From NCBI GenBank assembly GCA_964344785.1, contig CAYFOR010000002.1:506-64505 (forward strand): 64,000 nucleotides of DNA, in the 5' to 3' direction. Below are positions 23,422 to 32,102 of the stretch, piece after piece. The notes under the pieces are model-generated. The model did no database searches, was not told the DNA's origin, and saw nothing but the letters and a program-made list of their open reading frames with translations. Position 1 is the stretch's first letter. Every line of letters starts with the position of its first letter. Origin of the DNA: an uncultured Piscirickettsiaceae bacterium. Its GTDB lineage: Bacteria > Pseudomonadota > Gammaproteobacteria > GCF-002020875. The position numbers and the translations under genes were made by a program.

Positions 23422-24374
23422 CGACATGATTCACTCTCCTGGAGTCGTTGAAGCACCTGCTGCAATGGTTCTGGGAGCGGGGCCTCCAGCCGTACCGTTG
23501 TCTCATCCTTGGGGTGGGGAAAGGCGATTTGGTGTGCATGCAGGAAGAGTCGCCTCAGGCCCATGTCGGCCATCTGCCGGTTGAACCGGTCATCACCATA
23601 TCGCTTGTCGCCAGCCAGTGGATGGTGAATATGGGCACCATGAACCCGGATCTGGTGCGTACGACCGGTGATGATTTCCACCTCGGCCAGGGTTGCATGC
23701 TCGCATGAGAGTCGTGGCATGAAGTGGCTCTCTGCCTCTTTTCCCTTTGTGCTCACCTGTACCAGACGCTCTCCAGACTTCAGTACACTTTTTTGCAGGG
23801 GGGCCGTCACATGCTTCCCTTTTCTCATCCTCCCCTTGAGCAGGGCGAGATATTGCTTCGTCACCCGCTGTTCACGGATCGACTGGTGCAGAGCGCGCAG
23901 TGCACCACGTCGCTTGGCGATCAACAGCAATCCGGAGGTTGCACGATCCAGCCGATGGACCAGTTCATAGCCGCCGGCCTCTTCACGAAGTGCCCGAAAA
24001 GACTCGATGACACCAAACTGGATGCCGCTGCCTCCATGAACGGCGATGCCGGAAGGTTTGTTGATCGCAATCATGTGCCGATCTTCATAAATAATCGCAG
24101 ACTCCAGCCACTCGACCGATTCGACTTTGGGGGGGGGCTTCTGTTCAGTCGTCCGAATGGGTGGGATTCTCACCTGATCTCCAGACTGCAGGCGATAGGT
24201 CTGTTTGACGCGTTTCTTGTTGACCCTTACCTCGCCTTTGCGCAGGATACGGTAGATGCGGCTTCTGGGAACCCCTTTCAAGGCAGTGATGAGAAAATTA
24301 TCAATCCTCTGCCCTTCCTGCTCGTTGGAGATCTCTACCAAACGTACCTGGTTGGAAGTGGGAAGGTGATCCAT
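23376..24374 (-). CDS. rluC: 23S rRNA pseudouridine synthase RluC
   Basis: 332 aa; S4 domain plus RluA-family catalytic motif HRLDRATSGLLLIAK; C-terminal QLFSSPLKSTSSVL* is read from the repeat end. Confidence 0.85.
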   Translation of the reverse strand: MDHLPTSNQVRLVEISNEQEGQRIDNFLITALKGVPRSRIYRILRKGEVRVNKKRVKQTYRLQSGDQVRIPPIRTTEQKPPPKVESVEWLESAIIYEDRHMIAINKPSGIAVHGGSGIQFGVIESFRALREEAGGYELVHRLDRATSGLLLIAKRRGALRALHQSIREQRVTKQYLALLKGRMRKGKHVTAPLQKSVLKSGERLVQVSTKGKEAESHFMPRLSCEHATLAEVEIITGRTHQIRVHGAHIHHPLAGDKRYGDDRFNRQMADMGLRRLFLHAHQIAFPHPKDETTVRLEAPLPEPLQQVLQRLQESESCRQLFSSPLKSTSSVL

Positions 24375-24477
24375 ATGGCAGTTACTGCAGGATTGGGTTG
24401 TTTGAGGAGAGGGGATCTATACCCCTGACGGTCATGATTCAGAAACGTCGATTGTACCAGTTAAACCGCCAGTGCTC

Positions 24478-27400
24478 TCACTCTTCCTTGTCGGCCAGGG
24501 CGGATACATATTCCTTGAACGCCATATCGTCTGTCAGGATGTGGTGTTCCCACCAGCTGATGAGGTGGTTGGTGATGGAGATAATCTGTTGATCTCCCAG
24601 CTGGTTTCGATAAAGATCGGATAACTTATCCCAATATTCTCTGTGTCCGGCCCTGTGGCGATCCAATTCAGGATAGTTTGCCTGTTCCAGCAGCGCCTCC
24701 TCCCTTTCAACATGAGCCATCATCATGTCGTGCAGGTCTGAGAGTGCCTTGAGTACACGCTCCCTGTCAGGTGCATGTTCTTCTCGGTTGCAGAATTGGA
24801 TCAAGAGATTGATGTGCTCAACAATCCGTTGATGGTCAAGGTCCAGCACCGGGTGACCTACGAAGTAGTGATCACTCCAGATGATCATTTTCATCGCATC
24901 GGTTTGGTGGTTGTCCGATGCAGCCTGGTCCTGGGGCAGGTGTTTTTTCAATGCATCAACCAATGCATTTTTGTCGATTGGCTTGGCCAGAAAGCCATTG
25001 CAACCGGCCTGCTCGAACTGCTCCCGGTGTTTCGCCATCACATTGGCAGTCAGTGCATAGATTGGCGTGTCAATCCCTCTTTTCCGTAGGATTCTGGTTG
25101 CCTCGATACCATCCATCACAGGCATCTGCATATCCATCAATATCATGTCAAATGGCTCATGTGTGGCTAATTCAACCGCCTCTTGCCCATTTTCTGCAGT
25201 GGTCACCGAAATTCCCTTTCCTTCAAGAATGCGGCGTTCCAGCAGCCTCAGGGCCGCTGTATCCTCTACGATCAGTACGTGACCCTTGAACATCTGTGTG
25301 TATGTGGTGGACTGCTCTTGCTGCTGTTGGTCCGTTACGATTCTGAAATCACTGCGTCGATACGGGATTGTCAGCGTAAAGGTGGAGCCGCTTCCCTTGT
25401 TGCTTTTGGCTGTGATGTTGCCCCCCATCATCTGGGCAAGATTGAATGAGATATAGAGCCCCAGTCCGCTACCACCAAATCTTCGGGAAATGGAGCCATC
25501 GGCCTGCTCAAACTTCTGGAATAGTCTTGACTGCTCCTCGGTGCTCATACCGATTCCGGTATCTTCAATATCAAACCGCAGGTACCCGTTTTCAACCATG
25601 GTGGTCAATTTGATGCCTCCCTGTTCGGTGAACTTGATCGCGTTGCCGATCAGGTTGATCAGTATTTGGCTGATTCGATTACTGTCACCGATTAACTCAT
25701 ACACTTCATGGTTTTGTTCAACAATCTCCAGCGTAAGACCGGCATCCTGTACCCGGATGGCCAACATCCCCTCGATATTCTCCAGCAGTCTGCTCAGGTT
25801 GAAGGGAATTTCGTCAATGGTATATTTGCCTGATTCGATCTTGGACATATCGAGAATGTCGTTCACAAGATTCAGCTGAGCGGTTCCGGCCGTCTCAATA
25901 TCGTCAACGATCTTCTTCAGATCGGGAGAGGAGAGCCTTTCGGAGAGATATTCCGCATTGCCGATGATTGAGGTCAGTGGTGTACGCAGCTCATGGCTCA
26001 TGGAGGCCATGAACTCATCGCGTGCATCCATCCGTTCCTGTTCAAGTCTCAGCCGCTCCTGTTGAAGCTGGATTCTTGAACTGATATCGACAACGGTGGC
26101 CAGGATGCCCTCTTCGTTTCCATAGGTGATCGGGGAGAGTCCGACTTCTACCGGGATCATCTCTCCCCGCTTTGTCAAACCGAATAGCTCTCGTCCACTA
26201 CCCATCGGGCGTTTTCGAGCCTCTTCCACATAGCGTTTTCGGGCACCGATGTGTTGCTCTCTCTGCGATTCTGAAATCAATACCTCTACCGGCTGTCCGA
26301 CCAGCTCTCCGCTATCGTAACCAAACAGTGATTCAGCGGCTGCATTGCAACGCACAATCGTGCCATATCGGTTGGTGACCACCATACCGCTGGGTGCAGC
26401 GTCAAAGGTCTGCAGAATTTCCCGGGTCATTTGTTGAATGGTTTTTGCCAGGATGTAGCCCTCCTGGTCGAATCGGTCCGCATTCTGATCGATATCAACT
26501 GTGGTATCCCCCTGTCGAATGGTCTCGGCGATATGGGTCAGTCTTTTCAGGGAAAAACCGATTCTGGATGCCATGAAATAGGCCACAATCAGGCCTGCAA
26601 ATGCAACAAAAATCAGCAGTTGGAGTAGTCTGCTACGTAGTGCCTCATAGGAGTGGTAGACCTCGTTCTGGTCCATCTTGACCAGCAGCCCCCATTTCTG
26701 TTCAGGGATCTGTGTCGTCACGGCGACCACGGGTACTTCGCGGTAATCTACGATATCCTCATGCCAGCCGGTCTCTCCAGCCAGCGCACGAATGATGGGT
26801 ACATCGGTACGGTCTGCAGCAATGGTACGGGAAAGTGCCCTGTTCTCATCAAATCGAAGTGGTGTAAGGAAACGGGCATCTCCGTTATCCAACTGTTCGG
26901 CCAGAATCGTCTCACCACTCTCTCCCAGGCCGTCATAGCTGGCAGTGATTTGGCGTAGCTCATTGAGATTGCTGTTGATATGCAGTGTGCCAACGCTCCT
27001 GCCGTTCAATAGAAGTGGTGTAATGGTATGAAGGTACAGTCGGCCTTCACTGCTCTTTTCGGTAATGGAGACATTCCCGGACAGATCGGAATCGAAAAGT
27101 GTCAATTCTGGTATTCCAACCGAATCGGGGTTGGTTGACATGATGGTGATCCCGTCTGCGTCAACAATCTTGATCTCATCGAAGTCCTCCAGTGATTGAA
27201 ATATGTCCTCAATCGTAAGGCAGATCTCCTTCCGGTATGATGAGTCGAGTGACCGGTTGTACTGCTCCAAAAGCTGCCGAAGCTGCGTATGGCTGGCGAT
27301 CAGTTTGGCGCGCTGCTGCATGCGTTCAAGAAAGGTAGATACCCGTTGTTGCTGGATGGATGCGACGGAAAGCAGCTGGTCACGGGCATCCTGTTTCAGT

Positions 27401-27546
27401 TTGTTCCTGAACTCCTGCAAGGCCAATGTGGTGATGGTTCCGGCCACAATCACTCCAAACAGTATCAGCCCCAAGGTGATTCGGCTCAGGATTGAGTATC
27501 GCTTGCGCGTTTTGGGCCTATCGTGATTTTTGAAAATCGATTTCAT
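24478..27546 (-). CDS. hybrid sensor histidine kinase with C-terminal hemerythrin domain
   Basis: 1022 aa: TM1, ~280-aa periplasmic domain, TM2, PAS, H-box SHELRTPL, HATPase (GGSGLGLYIS), REC, then ~135-aa hemerythrin-like His/Glu/Asp ligand pattern (HPVLDLDHQRIVEH, HVEREE, HRAGHREYWD, WWEHHILTDD). Confidence 0.85.
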   Translation of the reverse strand: MKSIFKNHDRPKTRKRYSILSRITLGLILFGVIVAGTITTLALQEFRNKLKQDARDQLLSVASIQQQRVSTFLERMQQRAKLIASHTQLRQLLEQYNRSLDSSYRKEICLTIEDIFQSLEDFDEIKIVDADGITIMSTNPDSVGIPELTLFDSDLSGNVSITEKSSEGRLYLHTITPLLLNGRSVGTLHINSNLNELRQITASYDGLGESGETILAEQLDNGDARFLTPLRFDENRALSRTIAADRTDVPIIRALAGETGWHEDIVDYREVPVVAVTTQIPEQKWGLLVKMDQNEVYHSYEALRSRLLQLLIFVAFAGLIVAYFMASRIGFSLKRLTHIAETIRQGDTTVDIDQNADRFDQEGYILAKTIQQMTREILQTFDAAPSGMVVTNRYGTIVRCNAAAESLFGYDSGELVGQPVEVLISESQREQHIGARKRYVEEARKRPMGSGRELFGLTKRGEMIPVEVGLSPITYGNEEGILATVVDISSRIQLQQERLRLEQERMDARDEFMASMSHELRTPLTSIIGNAEYLSERLSSPDLKKIVDDIETAGTAQLNLVNDILDMSKIESGKYTIDEIPFNLSRLLENIEGMLAIRVQDAGLTLEIVEQNHEVYELIGDSNRISQILINLIGNAIKFTEQGGIKLTTMVENGYLRFDIEDTGIGMSTEEQSRLFQKFEQADGSISRRFGGSGLGLYISFNLAQMMGGNITAKSNKGSGSTFTLTIPYRRSDFRIVTDQQQQEQSTTYTQMFKGHVLIVEDTAALRLLERRILEGKGISVTTAENGQEAVELATHEPFDMILMDMQMPVMDGIEATRILRKRGIDTPIYALTANVMAKHREQFEQAGCNGFLAKPIDKNALVDALKKHLPQDQAASDNHQTDAMKMIIWSDHYFVGHPVLDLDHQRIVEHINLLIQFCNREEHAPDRERVLKALSDLHDMMMAHVEREEALLEQANYPELDRHRAGHREYWDKLSDLYRNQLGDQQIISITNHLISWWEHHILTDDMAFKEYVSALADKEE

Positions 27547-27911
27547 CAGCAGTCAGCATATCAAGCCATTTCATCAAGATCCGTTCAGTTCTGAAAGGGC
27601 AGAATAGGGCAGCAATGTTATCGCTGTGGGTTGGTGTATATATAAACCGGGAGTCTAATTTGCATCTATTGGTAATACTGCTGCCATGGACAAATTCTTG
27701 GACCGGTTGCTTGGCGCACCTGTTTTTCAACAGGGGGGTTCTTGGCTTCAGTATCAAATTAACTTGATTTCAACAATGGTGTTGATTGGTATATTAATCG
27801 ATTGGTATCAAAAAAGGAGAGGTTGTTGGGTGGTGGGCATGCCGGAGTGGGATGAGAGGTTGATTTATATGACCAACTGTTTTACTATGTTATTGGGTAG
27901 GATTGTGACGC

Positions 27912-29054
27912 ATGATGAAACTCATGAATAGAAAATGGGCGTTAACCGCTTCTTTGTTGGTGATGATCGGTATCTTCGTATTGGGAGGTATCAGTGCCCG
28001 TCTGACGATAGCGCAGGAGGAGCCAGAGATGGGTGATCAATCCAGGGTTGAACGAGCCATTTTTGCCGGTGGGTGCTTCTGGTGTATGGAGCCACCATTC
28101 GAAAAACTTGATGGTGTAGTCGATGTAGTTTCCGGTTTCACAGGTGGTGACACGGTGGACCCAACCTACAAGCAGGTAGTGACCGGTACTACAGGCCATC
28201 TGGAGGCGGTCGAGGTGACCTATGACCCGGCCAGGATCGATTATGGAACGCTGGTGGATACTTTCTGGCGACAGATTGACCCAACGGATGATGGTGGTTC
28301 CTTTGTGGATCGGGGAAGCCACTATCGTAGTGCAATCTTCTATCTGAATGCGGAACAGCAGGCGGCTGCAGAGCAGTCCAAAAGCGAGTTGGGACAGTCC
28401 GGGATGTTTGAGCAGCCCATTGTGACCGCCATTCTTCCAGCCAAACCCTTTTATCGGGCGGAGGATTATCATCAGAACTTCTACAAAACCAACCCGTTAC
28501 ACTATAAACGTTATCGTGCAGGATCTGGCCGGGATCAGTTTATTCAGTCGACCTGGATCAGTATGAAATCTGACCAGACTGATACCCCGAAGAAATATGT
28601 AAAGCCATCGGATGATGAACTCAAACGGCGCTTGACGCCACTGCAGTTTGAAGTGACGCAGGAGGAGGGAACCGAGCGTGCCTTCAACAATATCTACTGG
28701 GATAACAAGGCGGATGGGATCTATGTTGATATCGTTTCAGGAGAGCCGCTCTTCAGTTCCACCGACAAGTACGATTCTGGTACCGGCTGGCCGAGCTTCA
28801 CCCGTCCAATCGTAAAGGATGTACTCACCGAGAAAGAGGATCGTCGCCTCTGGTTCTCGGTACGAACAGAGGTGCGCAGTAAATTTGCGGACTCCCATCT
28901 TGGGCATGTCTTCGATGACGGCCCTGCACCGACCGGGCTACGTTACTGTATCAACTCCGCATCACTGCGCTTCATACCCAAAGAGGATCTGAAAAGTGAA
29001 GGGTATGAAGAGTTCATCAAGTTATTTGATCGCAACGACCCGGATCACCCCTGA
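27912..29054 (+). CDS. msrAB: secreted/periplasmic peptide methionine sulfoxide reductase MsrA-MsrB fusion
   Basis: Signal/anchor peptide; MsrA catalytic GCFWC; MsrB GTGWPSF and RYCINSASL; the stop lies inside the repeat end cacccctgaaa. Confidence 0.9.
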   Translation: MMKLMNRKWALTASLLVMIGIFVLGGISARLTIAQEEPEMGDQSRVERAIFAGGCFWCMEPPFEKLDGVVDVVSGFTGGDTVDPTYKQVVTGTTGHLEAVEVTYDPARIDYGTLVDTFWRQIDPTDDGGSFVDRGSHYRSAIFYLNAEQQAAAEQSKSELGQSGMFEQPIVTAILPAKPFYRAEDYHQNFYKTNPLHYKRYRAGSGRDQFIQSTWISMKSDQTDTPKKYVKPSDDELKRRLTPLQFEVTQEEGTERAFNNIYWDNKADGIYVDIVSGEPLFSSTDKYDSGTGWPSFTRPIVKDVLTEKEDRRLWFSVRTEVRSKFADSHLGHVFDDGPAPTGLRYCINSASLRFIPKEDLKSEGYEEFIKLFDRNDPDHP

Positions 29055-29183
29055 AACTCACCATCTCTGCGTTCGAAAATGGTCATGTATACGTATATAT
29101 GACCATTTTCTGCCTTGATCTGGTGAGTTTCAGAGGCAATCCGACCCGTTACGACAGTGTACTAAAACTACATTTGATTCAGA
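29045..29183 (+). repeat. MITE-like repeat, type A copy 4, overlapping the msrAB stop
   Basis: cacccctgaaactcaccatctctgcg; perfect hairpin cgaaaatggtcatgtatacgtatatatgaccattttctg; ggtgagtttcagaggcaat. Confidence 0.8.
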
Positions 29184-29270
29184 ATAACCAAGTCAGTACC
29201 CTCACCACTCTGAGGTAACGGGGAAATCCGTTGCCATCTCTCAACGTGACTGCTTGAGCCCTGGGAGGCT

Positions 29271-29825
29271 TTGCTGATGAGTGGTGATAACCATATGGAA
29301 GTGGTTGATTTGTTGGCTCGTACTGCACTGAAAGAGCGTGCTGCCTTCGAAAGGCTCTATCGGCTGACCTCGATGAAACTGTTTCCCCTGTTGCTGCGTA
29401 TATTAAAGCGAGAGGATCTTGCTCAGGAGTGTCTTCAGGAAGCCTACGTACAGATCTGGAATCGCGCAGAAGAGTATCGAAACGATCTGGCTGCACCGAT
29501 TACCTGGATGACGACCATTGCCCGTTATCGTGCATTGGACCTGCTTCGAAGGCGTAAACATGAAGTGCCACTGGAAGACGAGATGCTCTTGGATGGTGAT
29601 GAAGAGCGGGACGGATTATTGCAGCAACTGGAGGCAACAGAGGATGGAGTGGCGTTGGCCGAGTGTATGAAGCAGTTGAGTCAGCAGCAGCGGAACTGCA
29701 TCTACCTTGCGTACTTTGAGGGGAGTACTCACCCGGAAATCGCCTCCAGAATGGATGTGCCTGTTGGATCCGTCAAGACCTGGATTCGTCGAGGAATGAG
29801 CAGCTTGAAGGGGTGTCTGTCATGA
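29271..29825 (+). CDS. ECF-type RNA polymerase sigma-70 factor
   Basis: 184 aa; sigma-70 region 2 (..YVQIWNRAEEY..PITWMTTIARYRALDLLRRR) and region 4 HTH (HPEIASRMDVPVGSVKTWIRRG). Confidence 0.85.
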   Translation: MLMSGDNHMEVVDLLARTALKERAAFERLYRLTSMKLFPLLLRILKREDLAQECLQEAYVQIWNRAEEYRNDLAAPITWMTTIARYRALDLLRRRKHEVPLEDEMLLDGDEERDGLLQQLEATEDGVALAECMKQLSQQQRNCIYLAYFEGSTHPEIASRMDVPVGSVKTWIRRGMSSLKGCLS

Positions 29826-30496
29826 GTCAAGAGATTGAGGAGAGAGCAGCAGGGTATGTATTGGGTACGCTTGCGGGGGAGGAACGTGAATCATTCGAAA
29901 TGCAGATGCGCAAGGATCGCACACTTGCAGAGATGGTGGCCCAGTGGGAGCAGCGACTGCAGCCTCTGGCGGATACGGTTGGTGAGGTGCAGCCGCCTCA
30001 ACAGGTTTGGCGTAACATCGAACAACGCCTGGGCTTTGAAGATTCGGTTCGGCAACACTCATTCTGGGACAATCTGCGGCTCTGGCAGGGCATCAGTGCG
30101 GTGGCAACCGCCTTTGGAATCTGGTTCGCCTTTCTGGTCATCAATATGGCGCCGCAAGGCCCCGAGTTGCTCTATCTGGTTCAGGATCAGGGAAAGACAG
30201 AGTGGATTGTAAGAGCGAGCTATCAGCAGCCCCGGGTAGAGATCGAGGCTGTTGAACCACCGCATCTGCCACAAGGGCAGGTGTGCCAGCTCTGGCTGAC
30301 CCTGCCGGATGGGTCGGTCAGGCTGGTTGCCGAACTGCCCCACAGTGGAGAGGTGTCCGTTCCACTTTTCGGAGACATCAATCGATTGCTCTCACCAGGC
30401 ACCATGCTCTCCGTTACCGTGGAGAGCGCCGAGGAGAAAATGGATCGTATCCCCAGTGATACGATGGTTTCTCAAGGCCGCTGGATCAGAATCTAA
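29813..30496 (+). CDS. anti-sigma factor (RskA/ChrR-like), single TM
   Basis: Overlaps the sigma gene end; N-terminal AAGYVLGTL..ERESFE..WE.RL.PL anti-sigma motif; TM ISAVATAFGIWFAFLVINM; extracytoplasmic C-domain. Confidence 0.7.
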   Translation: MSVMSQEIEERAAGYVLGTLAGEERESFEMQMRKDRTLAEMVAQWEQRLQPLADTVGEVQPPQQVWRNIEQRLGFEDSVRQHSFWDNLRLWQGISAVATAFGIWFAFLVINMAPQGPELLYLVQDQGKTEWIVRASYQQPRVEIEAVEPPHLPQGQVCQLWLTLPDGSVRLVAELPHSGEVSVPLFGDINRLLSPGTMLSVTVESAEEKMDRIPSDTMVSQGRWIRI

Positions 30497-30505
30497 TCGT
30501 TTCTA

Positions 30506-31444
30506 GTGGCTGAGATACAGGCCGGTATGTTGAACAACCAGTCCTGCAACGAAGGTCTGCTGCAGGATATGCTGTTGCTGGACCATCTGGGAGACGTGGG
30601 GATGAGTGAAATGATTTCACTGATGCGTCTTCATGTCCAGGAGGTGACACGGTTCAGTTTGCTGGTTGCCTACAGGCTGCCCCTCTCTGCAGAGCAGCAA
30701 CGTGTGTTTGTGCGGGACTGTTCCGGTTATGAGATTGACCCGGAACCATTTTTACAGACGGTAGAAGGGGGGACTCGACTCTCAATTGCAGGTATACAGT
30801 TGCTGAAAATCTGTGCCAAGGTGCATGATATCGGCAAGCCATTCTTCCGACAGATCTACAGCCAGGCCCGAAGATTGACACAGCAGGAGTTCAATCAACA
30901 GAAACTGCATGCCAATCTGTCGCGTTTGATCGTGAAGGGGTGGCTCAATCAGCCCGGTCTCCACTTTTCCAACCCTGATCTGGTACGGATGGTGGCTGAT
31001 GTCGCTGCACAACATCAGGAGAAGTTTGATGGTACCGGCTACCCGGATGGCATCGCAGGAGAGGAGATCTCGCTGTTGGGGCGGCTGCTGGCGATTACCG
31101 ATGCAATCAGTGCGATTGTCAATCCACGCCCTTATGAGGCAGCAACGCCACTACAGGAGGCACTGGTTCGACTGGAGTCGGACAGTGGCAGACATTTTGA
31201 CCCGCTGCTGCTTGAACAGGCCATCACTGTGCTGCGCCAGGAGGTGACGGATGCTCCTCGTTTCAGTGGTGAGTGGGATGATATGTCTGAACACTCACCG
31301 GACTATCTTCAGTTTGTTGCCAATATCGATTACGCCGAGGTGGTTTCAAGCCGTGGCGAGGTTGGCCGTGGTGATCGCCAGACGCTGCAGCAGTTGCAGC
31401 AGTTGACACAGGAGGTTCTGGAGCGACCCATAAGAAAAAATTGA
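30506..31444 (+). CDS. HD-GYP-type domain protein (possibly degenerate)
   Basis: HD motif KVHDIGKPF and QHQEKFDGTGYPDG (HHExxDGxGYP with the first His replaced by Gln); ..ITDAISAIVNPRPY. Confidence 0.65.
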   Translation: MAEIQAGMLNNQSCNEGLLQDMLLLDHLGDVGMSEMISLMRLHVQEVTRFSLLVAYRLPLSAEQQRVFVRDCSGYEIDPEPFLQTVEGGTRLSIAGIQLLKICAKVHDIGKPFFRQIYSQARRLTQQEFNQQKLHANLSRLIVKGWLNQPGLHFSNPDLVRMVADVAAQHQEKFDGTGYPDGIAGEEISLLGRLLAITDAISAIVNPRPYEAATPLQEALVRLESDSGRHFDPLLLEQAITVLRQEVTDAPRFSGEWDDMSEHSPDYLQFVANIDYAEVVSSRGEVGRGDRQTLQQLQQLTQEVLERPIRKN

Positions 31445-31535
31445 AAAAAATCAAAAAAACTGAATCCATTGGTACGAACACCACGTATATCATACCGACT
31501 GGTGTTCACACTGTTGAACGGGTCGAAAACCGATA

Positions 31536-31730
31536 AGGAGCCTGGTGACAATTAAGTTGGACAGATTGCGCAGGATTTCGTTTCGTATTCAAGGCGTGAA
31601 AATGGGCGCATAACACTACGAGCAGTGCTCGAGGTCACCTTAGGGTATTCATTATATGTAACCGTTTTCACAACACAGAAGACGAAACGAAAGACAAGCA
31701 AGGTGTTCGAGTTATTTTTGCCAGGTTCCT
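31536..31730. repeat. MITE-like mosaic repeat, type B copy 2, directly upstream of the precursor gene
   Basis: aggagcctggtgacaa../..ttatttttgccaggttcct ends; core gacagattgcgcagg..caaggcgtgaaa..cactacgagcagtgctcg..tttcacaacacagaagacga. Confidence 0.8.
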
Positions 31731-31760
31731 TGGTCAATAAAATTCAATGGAGTAATAAAC

Positions 31761-32099
31761 ATGGACAAGAAGATCTCAACGCTGGCATTGGCAACTTCCG
31801 TTGCATTGGGAATGGGTGCATCGAGTACTACTTTTGCAGCAGATAACCCATTCGCCATCTCCGAGTTGCCGGCTGGTTATCAGTTGGCCAACAACATGGA
31901 AGGCAAATGTGGTGAAGGTAAGTGTGGTGGCTCCAAGCCCAAGGCCAGTGAAGAAGGCAAGTGCGGTGAAGGCAAGTGTGGCGGTTCCAAGCCCAAGGCG
32001 AGCGAAGGCAAATGTGGTGAAGGTAAGTGTGGTGGCGCCAAACCCAAGGCCAGTGAAGGCAAGTGCGGTGAAGGAAAATGTGGTGGTGGAAAGGTATAA
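31761..32099 (+). CDS. secreted Cys-rich repeat precursor peptide (bufferin-like, EGKCG-repeat class)
   Basis: 112 aa: Sec signal peptide (..GASSTTFA|ADNP), then 3.5 tandem units EGKCGEGKCGG[S/A]KPKAS (8 Cys); stop is 3 nt before the DUF692 gene. Confidence 0.8.
   Translation: MDKKISTLALATSVALGMGASSTTFAADNPFAISELPAGYQLANNMEGKCGEGKCGGSKPKASEEGKCGEGKCGGSKPKASEGKCGEGKCGGAKPKASEGKCGEGKCGGGKV
31899..32096 (+). repeat. 48-51-nt coding tandem repeat (x3.5) inside the precursor gene
   Basis: gaaggcaa(a/g)tg(t/c)ggtgaagg(t/c/a)aa(g/a)tgtgg(t/c)gg(c/t)(t/g)ccaa(g/a)cccaaggc(c/g)ag(t/c)ga units with mostly synonymous differences. Confidence 0.85.
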
Positions 32100-32102
32100 G
32101 CG

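Noticed and set aside
27686-27931. 81-aa ORF with one hydrophobic segment in the kinase/msrAB divergent region
   Set aside because: Overlaps the msrAB start by 20 nt, has no convincing RBS and sits in a likely promoter region; insufficient evidence.
31552-31737. 61-aa minus-strand ORF, and the N-terminal extension of the trxB track ORF (14247-14348), sharing the peptide [17 protein letters not shown]
   Set aside because: Both lie inside type B repeat copies; the shared peptide reflects the repeated DNA, not a gene family.
31899-32096. Possible CRISPR-like array because of regular direct repeats
   Set aside because: Repeats are contiguous with no spacers, are in-frame coding sequence, and no cas genes are present.
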